Shown in pieces: positions 26,721 to 35,326 of a stretch of 64,000 nt of DNA (position 1 is the stretch's first letter; each line of letters opens with the position of its first letter). A model generated the notes under the pieces. The model had not been told where the DNA came from. It ran no database searches and saw nothing but the letters and a program-made list of their open reading frames with translations. The translations under genes and the position numbers were made by a program. This stretch comes from a virus (Duplodnaviria; Heunggongvirae; Uroviricota; Caudoviricetes): the IMG/VR virus record IMGVR_UViG_3300031994_000001, positions 119,799 through 183,798 of that record. One strand, 5' to 3'.

Positions 26721-26789
26721 TTAGAAATTATAACAAGCGCGTTAGTTATTATATTTAGTTATTTTTAATCTTAAAAAATTTTAGAAGTT

Positions 26790-27731
26790 ATGAATTTTGA
26801 CGAATTATTGAGTATGGACGACAATGTGTCCGTAGAAGACGTTTCAACAGAACCCGTTAGAAACAAGGTCATTGACCCGAACCTTTACACAATCAACCTT
26901 GCCGATGCCAAGGACGGCGTTTACAAAGCAAGGGTAAGATTCCTTCCCAACCCCGTTGATGTAAAGAAATCCATTCTCGCAAAGTACACCTATTGGCTTA
27001 CCGATGCAAACGGTGAGAACGGTATCTATGTTGACGACCCAAGCACCATCGGAGAGAAATCCCCAATCGGCGACTTGTATTGGAAACTGAAAAAGTCCAC
27101 CAATGTCGTTGACCAAAACCTTGCTGAAGAATATCTCAACAGAAATCGCCAATACTTCTCTCTCGTTCAAATTATCAAGGACGAACAACACCCCGACCTT
27201 GTTGGTCAAGTCAAGGTGTTCAGATACGGTATCAAAGTCAAGGAAAAAATTGATGCCGAGTTCACAGACGAGGACGGCGGAAATCCGTTCAACATTATGT
27301 CGGGTCGCGAGTTCAAGATTGAGGTCAAGAAATCGGGCGGCTATCAGAACTATGACGCTTGCAAATTTGCAGGCAGCAAAGAGCCTATCACCATTGACGG
27401 CAAGAAACTCGGCAAGACCTCCGCTGATATGAAGCGTCTTGAAGCGTTGTACGAGGATGCACCAAGTCTTGACGACTACAACTTCAAGCCTTGGAGTGCC
27501 GAACTCACCGAACAAGTCTATGAACGTCTGCGTACATTCGGCAAGACGGGCGGCGCAATCGGCGGCACAAAGCACAACGCCCCGAAGTCTGCTGTTGAGG
27601 CTGCAATGGCACAAGAGAAAGAACCCGAAGTTGATGTTGACGAAGACGATGGCGGCGGCAGAGACGAGGATGAAATCCCTTACAGCGACAGCGGCGATGA
27701 CGATGACTTGCTTGCAGGAATTGACATTTAA
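26790..27731 (+). CDS. T4 gp32-like single-stranded DNA-binding protein
   Basis: YKARVRFLPNPVD (gp32 has AVIRFLPSKND), KVFRYGIKVKEKIDAEF (gp32 KVFKYRFGKKIWDKINAM), REFKIEVKKSGGYQNYDACKF (gp32 [21 protein letters not shown]), and an acidic C-terminal tail DEDEIPYSDSGDDDDLLAGIDI. Confidence 0.75.
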   Translation: MNFDELLSMDDNVSVEDVSTEPVRNKVIDPNLYTINLADAKDGVYKARVRFLPNPVDVKKSILAKYTYWLTDANGENGIYVDDPSTIGEKSPIGDLYWKLKKSTNVVDQNLAEEYLNRNRQYFSLVQIIKDEQHPDLVGQVKVFRYGIKVKEKIDAEFTDEDGGNPFNIMSGREFKIEVKKSGGYQNYDACKFAGSKEPITIDGKKLGKTSADMKRLEALYEDAPSLDDYNFKPWSAELTEQVYERLRTFGKTGGAIGGTKHNAPKSAVEAAMAQEKEPEVDVDEDDGGGRDEDEIPYSDSGDDDDLLAGIDI

Positions 27732-27789
27732 TAAATAGTCCAAAGCACCCGACTTGTTCGGGTGCTTTTAACCCCTTAAAAAATTTAAT

Positions 27790-28569
27790 ATGAGCGAAAA
27801 CACTGAATTGAAAGAAAAACAAGAGGTTATGGTTGCCGAAAACGAAGTGACCGAACAAGAAAACAAGTCTGTTGAAAACAACGAGGAAGTGACCGCCCCA
27901 AGAGAAGGCGAGGGTGAAGAACTCTCGCAAACCAATGAGGGTGTCAACGAACACGAGGAATCTCCCGCCGAGAACGGTAAGGAATTACTTCCACTTCCGA
28001 AGAAAAGTGAACTGCTCAACGAACAAATCGCGTTGGAGAAACAGTACGATTCCGAATCAGCCGCTATGCTTGAAGAGACCTATAACGTCAAATTCGGCAC
28101 AAAGGGCGCATTCGACAAAATGATGAAATACCTCGAACACGATGTGGAGTTCGACCACGGCACAGCAACGGGTCTTATCCTGCTCTATGCCAATATGAGG
28201 CAGCAAAAGCAATTCACCCGTGAAAAAGATTGGAACGGCGAGGTTCAGTTGAAAACTTCAAGTTGCCTTATGCTGTGGAAGTTCTTGATGGGTCACAAGG
28301 GTCACGGATTCTTCGAGGCAAAGGCTTTCTTGGAGACAATCCAAGTTGTCGGTCAAGACATTTCAAAGGCTATCAACACCATCAATGAGAAGCAGACTGC
28401 TTTGCGTGGAATCCACAACAGACTGAACGAGATTTACAACCAACTTGACTCCAACCGTTTTGAAAACGACCTCACTCCCGAACAAGAAAAGGAGTTGCTT
28501 GAAAAGAGCAAGGAAGTTGTTAAAAACGAGGAAGAAATCAACAACGAGGTGAACCCCGATGTTGAATAA
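27790..28569 (+). CDS. hypothetical acidic protein (259 aa)
   Basis: ORF with an E-rich N-terminus; no motif. Confidence 0.45.
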   Translation: MSENTELKEKQEVMVAENEVTEQENKSVENNEEVTAPREGEGEELSQTNEGVNEHEESPAENGKELLPLPKKSELLNEQIALEKQYDSESAAMLEETYNVKFGTKGAFDKMMKYLEHDVEFDHGTATGLILLYANMRQQKQFTREKDWNGEVQLKTSSCLMLWKFLMGHKGHGFFEAKAFLETIQVVGQDISKAINTINEKQTALRGIHNRLNEIYNQLDSNRFENDLTPEQEKELLEKSKEVVKNEEEINNEVNPDVE

Positions 28570-28592
28570 ACTGAAAAAATAAAAATTCAACT

Positions 28593-28757
28593 ATGAAAAA
28601 AGTATTATTTGCTGCATTGTTTACAATGTGCCTGCTCTTCGCTTCTTGCGGAGTGAAGACCGCAGAAACCGAAACCGTTGTCGGCGATACTTTGACAACC
28701 GTCATCGAACCCGACACTACTCTGTGCGATACTGTTCTTACTGACACTGTTAGATAA
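28593..28757 (+). CDS. small lipoprotein (54 aa)
   Basis: MKKVLFAALFTMCLLFASCG: signal peptide plus lipobox. Below the 60-aa cut-off of the ORF track; followed by a terminator. Confidence 0.45.
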   Translation: MKKVLFAALFTMCLLFASCGVKTAETETVVGDTLTTVIEPDTTLCDTVLTDTVR

Positions 28758-28774
28758 CTGATTTTGGTTTTTGG

Positions 28775-28806
28775 AAGCCCGTCATCATTGGCGGGCTTTT
28801 TTTTTT
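28775..28806 (+). terminator. rho-independent terminator
   Basis: AAGCCCG-tcatcattgg-CGGGCTT followed by T10. Confidence 0.65.
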
Positions 28807-28816
28807 GTTTATAAAT

Positions 28817-29278
28817 ATGAAAATTACAATCGGTATGAATATATTGGATTACGACAATTTTGTGAGTGAAAAACTTGACATAAAACCCGTTTCAAAAAGC
28901 ACGCTTGTTTCTTTTTCCGATGGTTATAACTTATTCAAGTCATACCTTAAGCGGCTTATGGAAGATTTGAAAAACGACAGTGATTTGAAAGGTGAAATTG
29001 ACCGTCTTGATATGAGGGCATCATTTGGCGATGGCGATATAAGTGGACTGACATATTCAATTCCCAAAACAGAAAAGGAGTTTAAGGAGATGTGGGACGA
29101 CCTTAACGAGAGATTTGACCAAGGTGATTTTTATGATGACGGCGAAGATGGCGAGGTCTATATGTTTTATGACGTGTATTATAATGACACCGAAAGCAAT
29201 TCGGCGGATTATGTTGACCATTATTTGTATGTGTATTGCAACAGAGCAGAAAAAAGATACCGTTTTGATGAAGGCTAA
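28817..29278 (+). CDS. leader-family protein 5 (MKITIGMNILDYDNFVSEKLDIKPVSKSTL...); only member on the + strand in this region
   Basis: Leader motif followed by an acidic C-domain. Confidence 0.55.
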   Translation: MKITIGMNILDYDNFVSEKLDIKPVSKSTLVSFSDGYNLFKSYLKRLMEDLKNDSDLKGEIDRLDMRASFGDGDISGLTYSIPKTEKEFKEMWDDLNERFDQGDFYDDGEDGEVYMFYDVYYNDTESNSADYVDHYLYVYCNRAEKRYRFDEG

Positions 29279-29330
29279 TGCTATTGAAGTGGGTATGGCA
29301 GGTTCAATTTGATTACAAGCATTGACACAA

Positions 29331-29357
29331 GCCCGTCAGTTTGACGGGCTTTTTTTA
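29331..29357 (+). terminator. rho-independent terminator
   Basis: GCCCGTCA-gtt-TGACGGGC followed by T7. Confidence 0.7.
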
Positions 29358-29359
29358 TT

Positions 29360-29438
29360 GTTGATAACTTTGTTGATAACTTTTTTCAGAAAAAATGTTG
29401 AGTGTATAAAAAATTTTGTATTTTTGCAGCGTAATCAA
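29360..29438 (+). promoter_or_regulatory. about 80-nt promoter/operator element, copy 2 (GTTGATAACTTT x2 ... TATTTTTG)
   Basis: Near-identical to 15802-15880; TATTTTTG at 29419-29426; drives the HTH/alpha-CTD gene. Confidence 0.5.
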
Positions 29439-29451
29439 AAACGATACCGAT

Positions 29452-30261
29452 ATGGAAAAAGAAGCAACAAGAAGAATGTTATCACGGCAGGATGCCGCCG
29501 AGTTTTTACGCTGCAATCAACAGACAATATCCAATTGGATTGAGAGCGGCATTTTGAGAGGTCACAAAATCAACGGTCGCGTTTTCGTTGACGCTGACAC
29601 GCTTCACGCAATTGCCGACAGTGTTGATGACATTGAACGTGCGAAAAGAAGAATCGAAGAACTCCGTGACGAGTACGCCAAGAAGTGCAAGGAACTCGAA
29701 GATGCTGTGAACAGCAAGCGTGAGGAACTTGAACTCTACAACAATTCCTCCGTGAACAGAATCACGAAGCACGCCATTACATCAATGCTTTCTTCATTCG
29801 GCGAGGTCATTCCCCAATATGCACGAGAGATTGTTGTTGACCTCGTGAACAACGGCAACCTTGACTATACGGCGCAGAAGATGGAAATGTCAACGAAGAA
29901 TGTCATCAGAATCGCCGACAGCGTTTGCAACAGTATTAGATTTGCGAGATACGACAAGAAGGTTGCCGAGAACGAGTATCTGATGAGACGCATCGCTGAA
30001 TTGGAACACGAGAACGATTGTCTCAAAAAGGGAATCCACTGCGAGACAAACACGGCGAACAATCCCATTCTGAAATCCAAGATTATTGACTGCGACTTCA
30101 GCGTGAGGGCAATCAACTGTATGCGTGCCATCGGCATTGAGACTGTTGAGGATATGCTGAAGGTCGGCTTGCGTGAGATTGCAAAGTACCGTAATGTCGG
30201 TCGCAAGACCCTTTCCGAGATTGAGGAGTTCGCACAAACCAACGGTTTGAATATTCGTTAA
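29452..30261 (+). CDS. DNA-binding regulator: N-terminal excisionase-type HTH (HTH_17-like), central coiled-coil, C-terminal RNA polymerase alpha-subunit CTD-like domain
   Basis: LSRQDAAEFLRCNQQTISNWIESGILRGHKINGRVFVDADTL is the Xis/HTH_17 pattern. DFSVRAINCMRAIGIETVEDMLKVGLREIAKYRNVGRKTLSEIEEF compares with RpoA alpha-CTD [46 protein letters not shown]. Confidence 0.6.
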   Translation: MEKEATRRMLSRQDAAEFLRCNQQTISNWIESGILRGHKINGRVFVDADTLHAIADSVDDIERAKRRIEELRDEYAKKCKELEDAVNSKREELELYNNSSVNRITKHAITSMLSSFGEVIPQYAREIVVDLVNNGNLDYTAQKMEMSTKNVIRIADSVCNSIRFARYDKKVAENEYLMRRIAELEHENDCLKKGIHCETNTANNPILKSKIIDCDFSVRAINCMRAIGIETVEDMLKVGLREIAKYRNVGRKTLSEIEEFAQTNGLNIR

Positions 30262-30281
30262 TTGTTTCACATTAAAAATAA

Positions 30282-30776
30282 ATGGTTATGAATACAGTTA
30301 TGTATGATATTGAGCAATACGGAAGCGAAGACGCTAATTGGCAGGCTATCGGCGTGTATGCCGTTATCCTCGGTAATTGGAGACGAATCAAGTCTCCGAG
30401 AATCGCCCGTTGTATCGGCAAGCGGATTGACACCACACTGCTTCCGAAAGAGTACAATGCCAAGATAAAGATTGGTCGTTTTAACAACTGCCGTGAGCAG
30501 GGCTATGTGTTCACTTTGTGGGAGGGCGGCAAGCAACTGAAGCACTATGCCGTCTATGAACACCGAAACAGTGACGAACTTATCGTTATGACCAATGCGA
30601 TTTACTCGGAGCATACCCCGTCAGCAGACTTTATTTTCGGCGGTCGCGGCAAGTATGACTACGACAAAAAGTTCCATTGCGGCGAAATTGTCGAATGCGC
30701 AAATTGGATTATGGACGATATGTGCGATATGATTGAAGCCAAATATGCTGACCTTCAATTAGTTCCACAAAAATAA
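30282..30776 (+). CDS. hypothetical protein (164 aa)
   Basis: ORF; no motif. Confidence 0.45.
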   Translation: MVMNTVMYDIEQYGSEDANWQAIGVYAVILGNWRRIKSPRIARCIGKRIDTTLLPKEYNAKIKIGRFNNCREQGYVFTLWEGGKQLKHYAVYEHRNSDELIVMTNAIYSEHTPSADFIFGGRGKYDYDKKFHCGEIVECANWIMDDMCDMIEAKYADLQLVPQK

Positions 30777-30805
30777 TTTTTTTCGAGAAATTTTGTGTTG
30801 ATATT

Positions 30806-30830
30806 GATTTTTTTATTATATTGGATTGTA
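30806..30830 (+). promoter_or_regulatory. conserved promoter-like motif, copy 4 (GATTTTTTTATTATATTGGATTGTA)
   Basis: 22 nt upstream of the ATG at 30852. Confidence 0.4.
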
Positions 30831-30851
30831 AGCAATTAAAACATAAAAGAA

Positions 30852-31193
30852 ATGAGACAGCCAAGTGAAATTTACGAATCGGGTACAATGGTTCGGAAGA
30901 TATCGGAAAAACCGTTCAAATCGGGATTCAGAATCAACACCGTCAAGTCGGTTGTTGAACATCAGCAGAAGATTGACCCGCAAACCAACAAGGGAGTTCC
31001 CGCTTACACGTTCTTTGAGGATAGCAGCATTGTTGAGGCTGCTGCCGTTATAAAGGTGTTCGATAATTCGGACACGCCAATCACGGATGAAAACCAACTG
31101 CGGTTGGACAGCCTTATGGAAGGTACAAAGGGCGAAAGAATCAACGGGCAGGGTTTCCTGCTTTGCTTGGCTATCGGTAAAACAGTCAATTAA
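30852..31193 (+). CDS. hypothetical protein (113 aa)
   Basis: ORF; no motif. Confidence 0.45.
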   Translation: MRQPSEIYESGTMVRKISEKPFKSGFRINTVKSVVEHQQKIDPQTNKGVPAYTFFEDSSIVEAAAVIKVFDNSDTPITDENQLRLDSLMEGTKGERINGQGFLLCLAIGKTVN

Positions 31194-31240
31194 CAAACAT
31201 TTTCAATAAACCTTATTTATTAACTTAAAACCAAAAAATT

Positions 31241-32776
31241 ATGCAGTTATTTATTTTAATCGCAGCAGCAGTAATCGTGTTAGTAATCTTTATCGCCGTG
31301 TGCTACGTGAAAGCACCCCCGAAAGATGCCTACATCATCAGCGGTCTTTCCAAACAGCCGCGAATCCTCATCGGCAAGGGCGGATTCAGAATCCCAGGAT
31401 TGGAACGAGTGGACAAGGTGTTCCTCGGTCAGACTTCCGTGGATATTAAGACCTCCGTTCCCGTGCCGACCAACGACTTCATCTCCGTTATGGTGGATGC
31501 CGTGGCGAAGATTAGGGTAATCAACACGCCCGAAGGTATCAGACTTGCGGCAAAGAACTTCCTCAATATGTCTGAAAAGGACATTGCCAACCAAGTCAAG
31601 GATTCCCTCGAAGGTAATATGCGTGAGATTATCGGTACTCTTGACCTCAAGTCGCTGAACATTGACCGAGACGGTTTCTCCGACCAAATCGCCAAGAAAG
31701 CGGCAAACGATATGGCGAAACTCGGTATCGAAGTGATTTCCTGCAACATTCAGAACATCACCGACAACGAAGGTCTTATCAAAAACTTGGGTGCTGACAA
31801 CACGTTCAAAATCCGCAAAGAAGCCGCCATTACCAAGGCACAAGCCGAGCGAGACATTTCCATCGCCGAATCGGTAGCCGCCAAGGAAGCCAACGATGCC
31901 CGCGTTGAGAACGAGACTATTATCGCCGAGAAGAACAACGCTCTCGCCATCAAGAAAGCCAATCTGAAGGTCTCCGAGGACACCCAAAAGGCAAAGGCTG
32001 ACGCTGCCTACGAAATCCAAAAGCAGGAGCAGCAGAAAACAGTCAACGAGAAAACGGTTGAAGCAGAGGCTGCGAAGATGATTCTCACGCAAGAGCGTCA
32101 GAAGGAAATCAACGCCAAGGCTGTTGAAGCGGAGACCGAGAAAGCCCGCCGCGAGCAGGAACTGACCGAGGAGCAGGTCAAGATTCAGAAGAACAAACTC
32201 GAAGCGGAGATTCAGAAGAAAGCCGATGCCGACAAGTACCAAAAGGAAATCGCCGCCGCCGCCGAACTCGAACAGAGAAAGCGTAACGCCGAGGCAGAGG
32301 CTTACGAGGCAGAGCAACGCGCCCGCGCTATCAAGGCACAAGCCGAGGCTGAACAGTTCCGTATGGAGCAGGAAGCCCTCGGTAAGAAGAAACTCGCCGA
32401 TGCCGCCGCCTACGAAATCGAACAGAAAGGTATGGCAGAAGCCGCCGCAATCGAAAAGAAAGGTGTCGCCGAGGCAGAGGCTATGCGCAAGAAAGCAGAC
32501 GCTTTCAAGGAGTACGGTGACGCTGCAAAGGCACAGATGGTCATTGAAAAACTGCCCGAAATCGCCAAGGCTGTCGCCGAACCTATCTCGGCTATTGACA
32601 GCGTGAACATCTACGGCACTAACGGCAATGGTGTCGGCGAAATGAGCGGCAACGTCCCAGTTCTCATCAAGCAAACGATGGATGTCGTGTCTGACACCAC
32701 GGGTGTCAATATGACGGAGATTATGGAAAAGACAACCCTCGAAAACGCCGTGAAGCGTGTGGGTGGGAAAGAGTAG
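31241..32776 (+). CDS. flotillin / SPFH (band-7) family membrane protein
   Basis: N-terminal TM helix LFILIAAAVIVLVIFIAVCYV, an SPFH core (IISGLSKQPRILIGKGGFRIPGLERVDKVFLGQTSVDIKT...), then a long E/A/K-rich coiled-coil (AEAEAYEAEQRARAIKAQAEAEQFRMEQEALGKKKLADAAAYE) and a C-terminal IEKLPEIAKAVAEPISAIDSVNIYG typical of flotillin/YqiK. Confidence 0.8.
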   Translation: MQLFILIAAAVIVLVIFIAVCYVKAPPKDAYIISGLSKQPRILIGKGGFRIPGLERVDKVFLGQTSVDIKTSVPVPTNDFISVMVDAVAKIRVINTPEGIRLAAKNFLNMSEKDIANQVKDSLEGNMREIIGTLDLKSLNIDRDGFSDQIAKKAANDMAKLGIEVISCNIQNITDNEGLIKNLGADNTFKIRKEAAITKAQAERDISIAESVAAKEANDARVENETIIAEKNNALAIKKANLKVSEDTQKAKADAAYEIQKQEQQKTVNEKTVEAEAAKMILTQERQKEINAKAVEAETEKARREQELTEEQVKIQKNKLEAEIQKKADADKYQKEIAAAAELEQRKRNAEAEAYEAEQRARAIKAQAEAEQFRMEQEALGKKKLADAAAYEIEQKGMAEAAAIEKKGVAEAEAMRKKADAFKEYGDAAKAQMVIEKLPEIAKAVAEPISAIDSVNIYGTNGNGVGEMSGNVPVLIKQTMDVVSDTTGVNMTEIMEKTTLENAVKRVGGKE

Positions 32777-32802
32777 TCTCCCCGTCCGTCCGTAAACGAA
32801 AA

Positions 32803-32829
32803 GGACTCACAGTTTGTGAGTCCTTTTTT
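32803..32829. terminator. rho-independent terminator between convergent genes
   Basis: GGACTCACA-gtt-TGTGAGTCC followed by T6. Confidence 0.7.
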
Positions 32830-32851
32830 GTTTGCTGTTCTTGTGTTATAT

Positions 32852-33706
32852 CTATTCTGTAAATTTCGGTTGATTTTCTGTATGCTGTTCAATTGGACTG
32901 CCTTTGAAAATATGATAATGCCTTTTTACCATTTCAACATTCCATTTTGAAATATTCCCATCAAACTTTGAGCGGCAAAACATTTCTTCCATATCATACA
33001 CATTTGATACGTTCCAATCGGATATATTGCCGTTGAATTTTGATTTGTAAAACATTGCACGCATATCTTTAACATTTTTCACATTCCAGTTGGATAAATC
33101 ACCATTAAAAATTGAATCTGTGAACATATAGGACATATCACCAACACGTTTAACATCCCATTCGGATATATCGCCGTTGAATTTACTCATATTAAACATA
33201 CCAGACATATTATAAACATTAGATACATCCCATTTTGATATGTCGTTATTGAAAATGGATTGGGTGAACATATTTTTCATATAATTCACTTTGCTGACAT
33301 TCCAATTAGATATATCGCCGTTAAATCTTGAAAAATGAAACATATGACTCATATTAGTTACATTTGACACATCCCATTTTGATATATCTCCATTGAAATC
33401 GCTACTTCCGAACATATAAGACATATCTTTCACGTTAGAAACATCCCATTCGGATATATTCCCCGTAAATTTGGTATGGTCGAATAGGTCACTCATATCG
33501 GTTATTTTTGAAGTGTCAATAATGTTCAAGTCACATTCATAGCCTTCATCTTTAATGATTTTCGATATGATTTTTTTCAATTCTTCCTTTGTCTGTGGAT
33601 GATATTTTCCGTCAGACATCAAGTTTTCTGTGTTGTAATCAGTTTGTGTTGTTGTGTACTTTTGAGCATTAACTGATAAATATTCGTTAATTTTGTAAAT
33701 TTTCAT
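32852..33706 (-). CDS. DUF285-type repeat protein (about 9 x 26-aa F.GDIS.WDVSNV..M..MF repeats) with a leader-like N-terminus MKIYKINEYL
   Basis: Repeats such as FNGDISKWDVSNVTNMSHMFHFSRFNGDISNWNVSKVNYMKNMF, the pattern seen in Mycoplasma/Listeria DUF285 surface proteins. Confidence 0.6.
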   Translation of the reverse strand: MKIYKINEYLSVNAQKYTTTQTDYNTENLMSDGKYHPQTKEELKKIISKIIKDEGYECDLNIIDTSKITDMSDLFDHTKFTGNISEWDVSNVKDMSYMFGSSDFNGDISKWDVSNVTNMSHMFHFSRFNGDISNWNVSKVNYMKNMFTQSIFNNDISKWDVSNVYNMSGMFNMSKFNGDISEWDVKRVGDMSYMFTDSIFNGDLSNWNVKNVKDMRAMFYKSKFNGNISDWNVSNVYDMEEMFCRSKFDGNISKWNVEMVKRHYHIFKGSPIEQHTENQPKFTE

Positions 33707-33739
33707 TTTTCTTTATTTTTTTGGAATTATCTCTTTTAT

Positions 33740-34792
33740 TTATATGTTACTCATCGCGGCGGCATCTGCTATTGATATGTCCAACACACCCTTCAGTTCC
33801 GTTCCGTGCAAAACATCGCCTCCGCAGTACAGATTCATAAGAGGCAGGCATTCTTTTACAAATTTCAACGTCTTGTTGATTATGTCTTGCGGGGTCTTGT
33901 ATGCGACTTTTCTCCAAGGTTTGCCCCCGCATTCTTTCAGCAAGTCTTCCGCGCTGCGCATAGCCATATATTTAAGGTTTGGCTTGTATGTGTTGTTTCC
34001 GCTTCTGTCAAACGGGGAAAGATACATAAGCGGTTTCGCAACACCGTCTATCTTACCGCTATACAAATCGAATCGGAATGCGTTGGTGCTGTGGGTTTCT
34101 ATTTTTTTGCCATTTATGCCTATAAAAAGGCTCACTGGTGATATTTTATTCCCGTTTCTTGTCATCTTCAATATCACATTGGCATCATTTATTTCGTTTT
34201 TAATGCCATTGATGATTTCGTCTTTGTAGTAGGTTTTCCAAGTGCTGTTCTGATTGTATGTTTTGTCAAGTTCGCTTTTTATTCTGTCGTTGAACATTCC
34301 CTTTTCGTCACATACGAGTTCGTTTATGGGTTTCAAGTTTTTCTCGTTAAACACTTTTTTTATTATGCCGAACATATTGTCGCCCATAAACAATTTGTGG
34401 TTTTCGCCAATATGTATTGACGGAATTGTCTCTGAAGGAGAGTACAATCCCATATATACAACGTAAAACTCTGTGGAGTATTCCATTTTTTTATAGAACC
34501 CGATTGTTCCATATATCCGAACAATTAAAGATGTGCTGCTTCCTGCTGTGACGGTTTTTATTTCAATGCCATATTGGTTTCTCTCTATGTTTTTTTGTAT
34601 CTTCGCATAGGCATCTGTGATGAAATCCGCATATTCCGCTGTATTGTGGTTAAACTCACTTTTTTTAAACCATTTATCCTCATCTTCTTTTGCGGACAAC
34701 GATACACTGTTAAGCCTGCCTTTTGAAACGGGTTGGATGTTTAGTTTCTCTGATACAGAGTTAAACTCATTAAAATTGAGTATCTTTGTCAT
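33740..34792 (-). CDS. leader-family protein 7 (MTKILNFNEFNSVSEKLNIQPVSKGRL...), 350 aa, C-domain unknown
   Basis: Leader motif; no other domain recognised. Confidence 0.55.
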   Translation of the reverse strand: MTKILNFNEFNSVSEKLNIQPVSKGRLNSVSLSAKEDEDKWFKKSEFNHNTAEYADFITDAYAKIQKNIERNQYGIEIKTVTAGSSTSLIVRIYGTIGFYKKMEYSTEFYVVYMGLYSPSETIPSIHIGENHKLFMGDNMFGIIKKVFNEKNLKPINELVCDEKGMFNDRIKSELDKTYNQNSTWKTYYKDEIINGIKNEINDANVILKMTRNGNKISPVSLFIGINGKKIETHSTNAFRFDLYSGKIDGVAKPLMYLSPFDRSGNNTYKPNLKYMAMRSAEDLLKECGGKPWRKVAYKTPQDIINKTLKFVKECLPLMNLYCGGDVLHGTELKGVLDISIADAAAMSNI

Positions 34793-34865
34793 TTGTGTAT
34801 TTGTTTTATGTAAATTTTTCGTTTTTCCTAAACGGAATCAAATTATTTGGAGTTCAGTATCTTTG

Positions 34866-35321
34866 TCATTTCTTATTGGTACTGTATTTGTTGAAACTTC
34901 TTACACTTTTTATTTGGATTATTTTGCCGCTGTCGTTTATTGCGAAAAGATAGTGTCGTTTATTGAATATATCTGAAATATTCGGTTCTTTGAAAAATCG
35001 CAACGCATCATATTTCAGATTTATTGAAAACACCACATCTTCTTGGGATGATTTATCTGCCAATCTTTTCTTTAATTCCTCAAGCGAATGATACAATCCA
35101 ATAAAACTGTTGTTATCATTATCATATTGTGGTAGTGGCTTTTCGCTAACGACATAATCACCGCTCCAAATTTCACTATTTTCCGCATTTGGAGACCCGT
35201 GGTCTTGATATAGATATAATTTCACCATTTCATCAACGGCTTGTTTCAACCTATCCTTTGAAACGGGTTGTATATCAAGTTTCTCGGAAATAAATTCCTT
35301 TGCGTTTAATATTTTTGTCAT
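34866..35321 (-). CDS. leader-family protein 8 (MTKILNAKEFISEKLDIQPVSKDRL...), 151 aa
   Basis: Leader motif. Confidence 0.55.
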   Translation of the reverse strand: MTKILNAKEFISEKLDIQPVSKDRLKQAVDEMVKLYLYQDHGSPNAENSEIWSGDYVVSEKPLPQYDNDNNSFIGLYHSLEELKKRLADKSSQEDVVFSINLKYDALRFFKEPNISDIFNKRHYLFAINDSGKIIQIKSVRSFNKYSTNKK

Positions 35322-35326
35322 ATTGT

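Noticed and set aside
26844-27743. 299-aa minus-strand ORF
   Set aside because: Antisense to the gp32-like SSB gene, which has clear homology.
31280-32674. 464-aa minus-strand ORF
   Set aside because: Antisense to the flotillin gene. Its openness is produced by the GC-rich GAG/GCC/GAA codon repeats of the EA-rich coiled-coil, and its product is low-complexity.
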